Virus record (IMG/VR): IMGVR_UViG_3300029156_000006
Span: 1-40,867 of that record
Source: a virus
Taxonomy: Duplodnaviria; Caudoviricetes
DNA: 40,867 nucleotides
Strand: one strand, 5' to 3'
Shown here: piece after piece, positions 35,662 through 40,867 of the stretch
Position numbering within the stretch: the stretch's first letter is position 1
Layout of the letters: every line of letters starts with the position of its first letter
Program-made: the position numbers and the translations under genes
The notes under the pieces: model-generated
The model's input: the letters and a program-made list of their open reading frames with translations, nothing else
Database searches by the model: none
Told to the model about the DNA's origin: nothing

Positions 35662-36050
35662 AGAATTTAGTATTGATCGTTGCCGCCATGTTTGTAGTAG
35701 GCAGTAGCTTGCCAATCGACCAGAAGACAAACGCCCAAGAAGACACCGCAGCAGTATCGGCCTACGACACAACCGTACCGGAAATGCCCGTTGCTGAAAC
35801 ACCAGCAGAAGAAAGCCCAGCCGTTGAGTCGAAGGCGGCTAGCTCAAGTCATCGTGTAGCCCGTCGGCCTGTAGCACGAGCTGCTGGGCGCGTGGTAACA
35901 GCTCCATTTCGTATTGTTGGACGTGTAGCTAAAGGCGTCGGCCAGCGAGTACGTAACCGAGTGAATAACCGTGTGTCACGACGAGCGGCCCGTGGTAATC
36001 AATTCGCCAGCCGTCGCCTATATCGCCGACAAGCAGCGGGCAAAGCCTAA
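35658..36050 (+). CDS. Exported low-complexity protein with an Arg-rich C-terminus
   Basis: Signal peptide MKNLVLIVAAMF; acidic half followed by a strongly basic half. Confidence 0.65.
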   Translation: MKNLVLIVAAMFVVGSSLPIDQKTNAQEDTAAVSAYDTTVPEMPVAETPAEESPAVESKAASSSHRVARRPVARAAGRVVTAPFRIVGRVAKGVGQRVRNRVNNRVSRRAARGNQFASRRLYRRQAAGKA

Positions 36051-36123
36051 GAAAATCCTCCCCTCCCTCCCCAGGGATAGCGGGGTTCTGCTACTCCGAT
36101 TGCAGGCCCCGCTAACTTTTAAC

Positions 36124-36426
36124 ATGCCAACCGAGAAAGAAATTAACGAGTGCTGTCATTTTGTGGCCACTCAGCACTTAGCTGACGAGCCCAATTGCCA
36201 GCGAAGCGAAGGGCGGGTATTGGCAGAGCGCGCCATAGTGGAGAGCGCATTGGAAGGAGTCGACCGGGGCCTTAAAGGAATGAGGCTTCGGTTTTATGTA
36301 ATAAGAAACTGCCGACAGCAGTGCGGATTCAACATAACAACTTGGCTAGCGATATTCGGTTTGATTGCCAACGTAATACGAATCGTCCAAGAGTGGCGAA
36401 AGAATAGAAAAGCATTGGAAGTATGA
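36124..36426 (+). CDS. Hypothetical protein with a C-terminal TM
   Basis: GFNITTWLAIFGLIANVIRIV followed by a basic tail. Confidence 0.55.
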   Translation: MPTEKEINECCHFVATQHLADEPNCQRSEGRVLAERAIVESALEGVDRGLKGMRLRFYVIRNCRQQCGFNITTWLAIFGLIANVIRIVQEWRKNRKALEV

Positions 36427-36432
36427 CGCACG

Positions 36433-36801
36433 ATGAAGTTGGAAACCAAGCTATTGATTGCTACCGCCGAGGCTTTCGCGGTCACGCTACTACCGCCTTG
36501 GACCCTTGCGTTTTGGGCAGCAGCACTCGCGGCGCTAATCGGAGCTCTGCTGATGGGGCGCCGTGCCAGCAAACTAGAGCTAACACCTATCGAAGCGATC
36601 AGCGAAATAGGGCTCTGCGGTGCGCTAGGATGGGCCGTGCAGGGGATATTGATTTATCGCGGCTGGCAAGACACGCAATTTATTTTAATCGTATCGGCGC
36701 TAGTCGGCTCAACAGGCAGTCGCGGGCTAATCGCGCTCACCAAGATGCTGTGGCAGATAGTGGAAAACCTTGTCGCCAAGGGAAACTTGAAAGATGAGTA
36801 A
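36433..36801 (+). CDS. Holin-like multi-TM protein
   Basis: 122 aa, 3-4 TM helices, charged C-terminus. Confidence 0.55.
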   Translation: MKLETKLLIATAEAFAVTLLPPWTLAFWAAALAALIGALLMGRRASKLELTPIEAISEIGLCGALGWAVQGILIYRGWQDTQFILIVSALVGSTGSRGLIALTKMLWQIVENLVAKGNLKDE

Positions 36802-37402
36802 CAGCAGCACTATGGGTGAGAAGATGTGCGACACGAGCGCGGGCCGAGAGCTACAGCACTACGCTGTGTGGTCGATTGCTATTTTGCTCTTGTTGGGCAC
36901 CGGATACGCCAAGATATCGGGCGTGAATATCAAAGCCATGCCCTCACAGATAAAGAAGATCGAAGAAGACCTAGAAAAAATCGCCAAAGCTGCGCAGGCG
37001 CAGAAAATGAAGCAAGACGATCTCGAAAAAACACAACGCGAAGTCGAAGAGCAGCAGCTAGGGCTCACCATAATCGGATCGGCCTACGCGGAAAACGAAA
37101 TACCAACGCTTGTAACCGACGCACGCGGTCGCATCACGCACCCCAACTTACCCGCCATTAAGTTACTGGGCGGCAAGTATTGGGTCGACATAGCGGGGCA
37201 CGATCTTAGCGAGTGGATGCGATTCGACATGCGCAAAAAGCACATGGCAGGTCTTGCCAACGGGCAACTACCAATAGGCAAGACTACCAAGATTGAGTGC
37301 TTCTTAATTGTGAACGATGAACAGGTGAAAGTATTGGCTGAAATCAAGCCCGTGAGGATCGGCAAGCGGATCATCCATCGCGTGAGGCTAAGCAAGATAT
37401 GA
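36794..37402 (+). CDS. TM + coiled-coil + PAS-like domain protein
   Basis: TLVTDARGRITHPNLPAIKLLG..IAGHDLSEWM is a PAS signature. Confidence 0.7.
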   Translation: MSNSSTMGEKMCDTSAGRELQHYAVWSIAILLLLGTGYAKISGVNIKAMPSQIKKIEEDLEKIAKAAQAQKMKQDDLEKTQREVEEQQLGLTIIGSAYAENEIPTLVTDARGRITHPNLPAIKLLGGKYWVDIAGHDLSEWMRFDMRKKHMAGLANGQLPIGKTTKIECFLIVNDEQVKVLAEIKPVRIGKRIIHRVRLSKI

Positions 37403-37893
37403 GTAAGTACAAGCGACCAATCTGGTGGGCAATCGGCATCGGCATCATCCTATTTTGGGTGTCGGTGCTGGTGGCTATTGGGAAATGCCAGGACCAGGAT
37501 CCTCTACACCAAAAAACGCGAAACCATTATTTCATCCCTTTCAAGGTAACTCGCGTGCTGGATGGCGATACGGTCGAAGGCGTTATCGAAATCAAAGTAC
37601 AAGTGCGCATGAGAAACTGTTGGGCGCCTGAACTGAAACCACGGCACAAGGGGCGGACAGAAGAAAGCTTGGCTAGTGAGAAAGCTGCCGCTAAGGCGTC
37701 TCGGGATCATTTGCAGAAAATGGCTTTGAACAAGGATGGCTACCTCGTCCTGTCTTTCGATAAGACGAAGCACATCGGGGAAATGTTTAGCTTCGGTCGT
37801 TTGCTGGGGTCAGTGTTTATCAAAGGTGAAGCAGGTAGCCTAGCAACGCGGCAAGTGGCGGCAGGACATGCCACTGAGGAGCGTGCTAAATGA
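37399..37893 (+). CDS. Membrane-anchored thermonuclease (SNase-like)
   Basis: VTRVLDGDT, VRM..WAPE, FGRLLG and AGHA motifs; N-terminal TM. Confidence 0.85.
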   Translation: MSKYKRPIWWAIGIGIILFWVSVLVAIGKCQDQDPLHQKTRNHYFIPFKVTRVLDGDTVEGVIEIKVQVRMRNCWAPELKPRHKGRTEESLASEKAAAKASRDHLQKMALNKDGYLVLSFDKTKHIGEMFSFGRLLGSVFIKGEAGSLATRQVAAGHATEERAK

Positions 37894-39119
37894 AAAAGAT
37901 AGAACGCGAAACTATCATTGGTATTTGCTTAGAAATGAGCGTTTGGATATTCGTCTTAGTGTTCGGCGTAACTGCTTACTGCCAGGACCACAGCGCCAAC
38001 CAGAAGTTTGCCGAAGTGAATCGGCAGAGTTCGATTGTCGTGGGTGCGGAGCCAACCCCGGTAACAATCACAGCACCTTACATGGACCGCGCAAACATCT
38101 ACGTGCGCGAGTGCCCCGGCGAAACCTTTGCCGACAAGCTGGAATATGCAACCGCAAAAGCAGATTGGCTAGCTGCCAAAGGCCAGTACCACGCTATCTG
38201 GTGGCCGGGCGGTTCGCAGGTAATCGACCGCAAAGTCTCTTTGATACGCCAGGACAGCAAGCCAAGTAACAACGACACGCGCACCGGGCTAGTCCATCTT
38301 TGTAACGACACCCAACTACGCGGCACAACTTCAGACGCGGCCATCGACTTGCCATCGTCTAAGCGAATGAGCTTCGAGAGATCGCTACGGTGCTGGGGCG
38401 TCGATATCGTGATTCGACCGGCTTGGAAATACAACGCCAACGGCGCGTACAATCTTGACTTCGACAAGTTGCAAATGGTCGGCAGCACAATGCGTATCGG
38501 CGATGTGATGGGGCCGGATATACGGCATATCACAATTGGCCAACTCAACGGCGTAGGCGATAGGACGGTAGTGCTGGAAGGGGCGAACGTAACCGACGTT
38601 TACATACAAAGCTGCCGAATCTCCAACTACCAGAAGTACGCTATCGAAATGCTAGGCACCAAACCAACCCGTTTTGACACGGGCCAGGTGCTCGACCCGT
38701 TTGGCGACATCTACGACGGTTTAATCATAACCAAGGCATTTAGGGCCAGGGTAGTCAACGAAGGCTGTGGCGGAGGTGGGCCAGACTTGCAGATAGGACG
38801 ACTCACTTGTTCGACGAGAGCCAAAGACAGCTACGCAATCCACACGGTAAACGCAGGCGGACTAGCTTGTGACTGGGCGCGTATCGAAGGGGAAAGCGGC
38901 GTACTTCACAGCGAGGGCCTACTGCGAACCGAAAAGAAGCGACTCTACAAGACATTCCACAAGGCGAGCTGCGTGAGCAAGGGAACGAACGTACTCATGG
39001 AAGGCGGATCGCCGGTATTCATTCACGATAGCTGCTTTGCGGGCGATGTGCGCAGGCCGAATGCTTACGCTCGACTGAAGCTAGAAAACACTTATGTAGG
39101 TGGGGTAAGCGATGAGTAG
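37890..39119 (+). CDS. Exported protein with a possible right-handed beta-helix
   Basis: N-terminal TM; periodic beta-strand pattern. Confidence 0.45.
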   Translation: MKKIERETIIGICLEMSVWIFVLVFGVTAYCQDHSANQKFAEVNRQSSIVVGAEPTPVTITAPYMDRANIYVRECPGETFADKLEYATAKADWLAAKGQYHAIWWPGGSQVIDRKVSLIRQDSKPSNNDTRTGLVHLCNDTQLRGTTSDAAIDLPSSKRMSFERSLRCWGVDIVIRPAWKYNANGAYNLDFDKLQMVGSTMRIGDVMGPDIRHITIGQLNGVGDRTVVLEGANVTDVYIQSCRISNYQKYAIEMLGTKPTRFDTGQVLDPFGDIYDGLIITKAFRARVVNEGCGGGGPDLQIGRLTCSTRAKDSYAIHTVNAGGLACDWARIEGESGVLHSEGLLRTEKKRLYKTFHKASCVSKGTNVLMEGGSPVFIHDSCFAGDVRRPNAYARLKLENTYVGGVSDE

Positions 39120-40776
39120 CGATCTATTTCATCTAGGGATCACAGACAGCGGCGGCAGTCCTGCTTTCTCCGACCTATCGGGCGTGCATAGCTTTACCTT
39201 CACCGAAGGCACGGGACCGATAGGCTTAGCGTCGATGGCAGGTAGCCAGAATGGCGCTGTGTTTGGTGGTGGCGCTACCAATGACGTACTGCAAGTGACG
39301 GGTGACATAGCCGGGTTCAGCCAGAATATGTGGTCGCCACTAACAATTAGCTGGGTGATGGAAGGAACAGGGGTCGACGGTTCGGCTGATCGCTATTGGT
39401 CGATGAATTCGGGATCAGGATTTAGTGAGTTTTCTTTGATTTCGGGGTCGGGCGGTACGGCTCGTTTGCTAATCAGGCTGCATGATGGCACGACACAGCA
39501 CACACTGGTAGACGCAACCGGAACCGCCGATATTCGAGACAACGGAGAACAGGATTTTGTCCTGCTGTGGAACCCTGAAGCGGGAACTTGCGAACTTTGG
39601 ATTGACGGAACGCGGGATATAAACGCGGCAATTGATTCAACATGGCTAGCTGCGGAAACGCACTTCCCCAAAGCGCTCGTACCTACGGCGCTGTGCTTAG
39701 GGGCTAAGACTGTAGCCGGTGCCAATGAGCAGGGTTGCACAATGCGGACATTTCGCATTAACGACCGGATCGTGCCATCGTCAGATTGGGACGCCCTACA
39801 CGCTGGTACAGCAATTGGCACTCGCCTGACCGTAGGTGGAGCCCACAACAGCCTAGGTAACGACGGCTACAACGTACTGAACTTTGGTGTTGCAGGCGGA
39901 CCTGATACCGATTGGCAAACAGAAACGCCAGTATGGTTTCCCGGCTGTATGCATAGCATGGCCCGCAAGTACGCCGATGCTGGCGCAAGTTTCACAGGCC
40001 AATACGGTGTTGTTCAGGCATCGCACCAACAAGACGGAAAAAACCAAGACTTTCACGAAGCGAACCGCGACTCGGTAGATGCACTGTACCGCCGTGGTAC
40101 GGGTAAGCTCGCTGCATGGCTCAACCCGCCTTCATCCGACACGAGAGTCTATGACGTAGTTTACGTTCAGCCGTGGACGCCAGACGATCAAGAAACGATT
40201 CTCGACGAAGTGAACGCGATGATTGCGATCATCATGGACGCCACGAGAACAGGGCAACCCAAGCCGCTAGTTGTGATGCGTAGATCGCCGCCCAATCACA
40301 ACACCATGAATAACTGGACTAATCCCTTTGTGGATACGGACTCAGCAGCAGTCGCCTTGACGGCAGCTTGCTACGACGCGATCTATGCAAGGCTAAAAAG
40401 CTCCGCGTCTTTGATAGGCTACACGATAGTTCAGTCGTATGCGGGCGACGTACTAAAAGCCATCTACGACAAGATCGATAACGAAGGTTCGTTTGGTGGT
40501 TACACAGCAACCGTAGATTTACGCCGTGGCTCGTCACCTTATACACACATGAGCAACGGTGGTGGTAGGTGGATACTGGCACAATCTGACTTCTGCGCAA
40601 TCACCCAGCAAAGCTGCAGAGACATCGACGTACCCTGCGGCGACTTCCATTTCAACATTAACGAGACGGGATTTAACGATGCGTTTCGCACGGCAGTAGT
40701 TGCTGAGGTGAATGCGTTTATGGGTGGGGGCGGGATGAGATCACACCAACAGTTACTTGTACCAAGTGGATATTAA
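39112..40776 (+). CDS. LamG/ConA-like plus SGNH-like domain protein
   Basis: LTISW..FVLLWN..ELWIDG..LCLGA (LamG-like); AHNSLG..YDVVYVQ..THMSNGG (SGNH-like). Confidence 0.5.
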   Translation: MSSDLFHLGITDSGGSPAFSDLSGVHSFTFTEGTGPIGLASMAGSQNGAVFGGGATNDVLQVTGDIAGFSQNMWSPLTISWVMEGTGVDGSADRYWSMNSGSGFSEFSLISGSGGTARLLIRLHDGTTQHTLVDATGTADIRDNGEQDFVLLWNPEAGTCELWIDGTRDINAAIDSTWLAAETHFPKALVPTALCLGAKTVAGANEQGCTMRTFRINDRIVPSSDWDALHAGTAIGTRLTVGGAHNSLGNDGYNVLNFGVAGGPDTDWQTETPVWFPGCMHSMARKYADAGASFTGQYGVVQASHQQDGKNQDFHEANRDSVDALYRRGTGKLAAWLNPPSSDTRVYDVVYVQPWTPDDQETILDEVNAMIAIIMDATRTGQPKPLVVMRRSPPNHNTMNNWTNPFVDTDSAAVALTAACYDAIYARLKSSASLIGYTIVQSYAGDVLKAIYDKIDNEGSFGGYTATVDLRRGSSPYTHMSNGGGRWILAQSDFCAITQQSCRDIDVPCGDFHFNINETGFNDAFRTAVVAEVNAFMGGGGMRSHQQLLVPSGY

Positions 40777-40785
40777 GGAGAAGAA

Positions 40786-40867
40786 ATGTCTAATCGTAAG
40801 TCACAACCACAAACCGCTACCATATTAGCTTCGGGAACAAGCAGCGGTCCAGTTAGCTTACTGGATG
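40786..40867 (+). CDS. Partial ORF running off the window end
   Basis: AAGGAG RBS; MSNRKSQPQTATILASGTSSGPVSLLD. Confidence 0.6.
   Translation, partial: MSNRKSQPQTATILASGTSSGPVSLLD

Noticed and set aside
1-40867. Alternative genetic code or stop-codon reassignment
   Set aside because: Standard code 11 gives dense, tightly coupled full-length genes using all three stop codons

Overview
The window is most of a lambda-like siphophage genome of about 41 kb, truncated at the right end. The host is probably a planctomycete; this is inferred from gene-family resemblance only. Layout: terminase (64-2699); a palindrome-rich regulatory gap (3206-3459); head genes (lambda-type portal and a fused S49 protease-scaffold-major capsid protein); a non-contractile tail with duplicated beta-rich proteins and a Cys-rich tip (to 17380); two reverse-strand morons (2TM-GAF and YqaE/Pmp3); an early/replication block (LexA-like NTD, ERF, HNH, ParB-like, SF2 helicase, stand-alone DnaB-NTD, RuvC-like); an array of small accessory genes (26.2-32.4 kb); and a late operon of exported proteins (trypsin-like and papain-like proteases, thioredoxin, holin-like, TM-PAS, thermonuclease). 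No integrase, classical endolysin, replication initiator, tRNA or CRISPR array is visible. The strongest unexplained signals are four. (1) A TAC-N9-GTA dyad sits at almost every gene junction of the accessory array and looks cassette-like or stoperator-like. (2) An apparent protease-plus-thioredoxin lysis module occurs in place of an endolysin. (3) A roughly 230-nt G-U-rich structured element with G6-CT-G6 lies where an initiator or origin would be expected. (4) A C5 methyltransferase is split across two overlapping reading frames. All protein calls come from motif recognition by eye; no searches were run.
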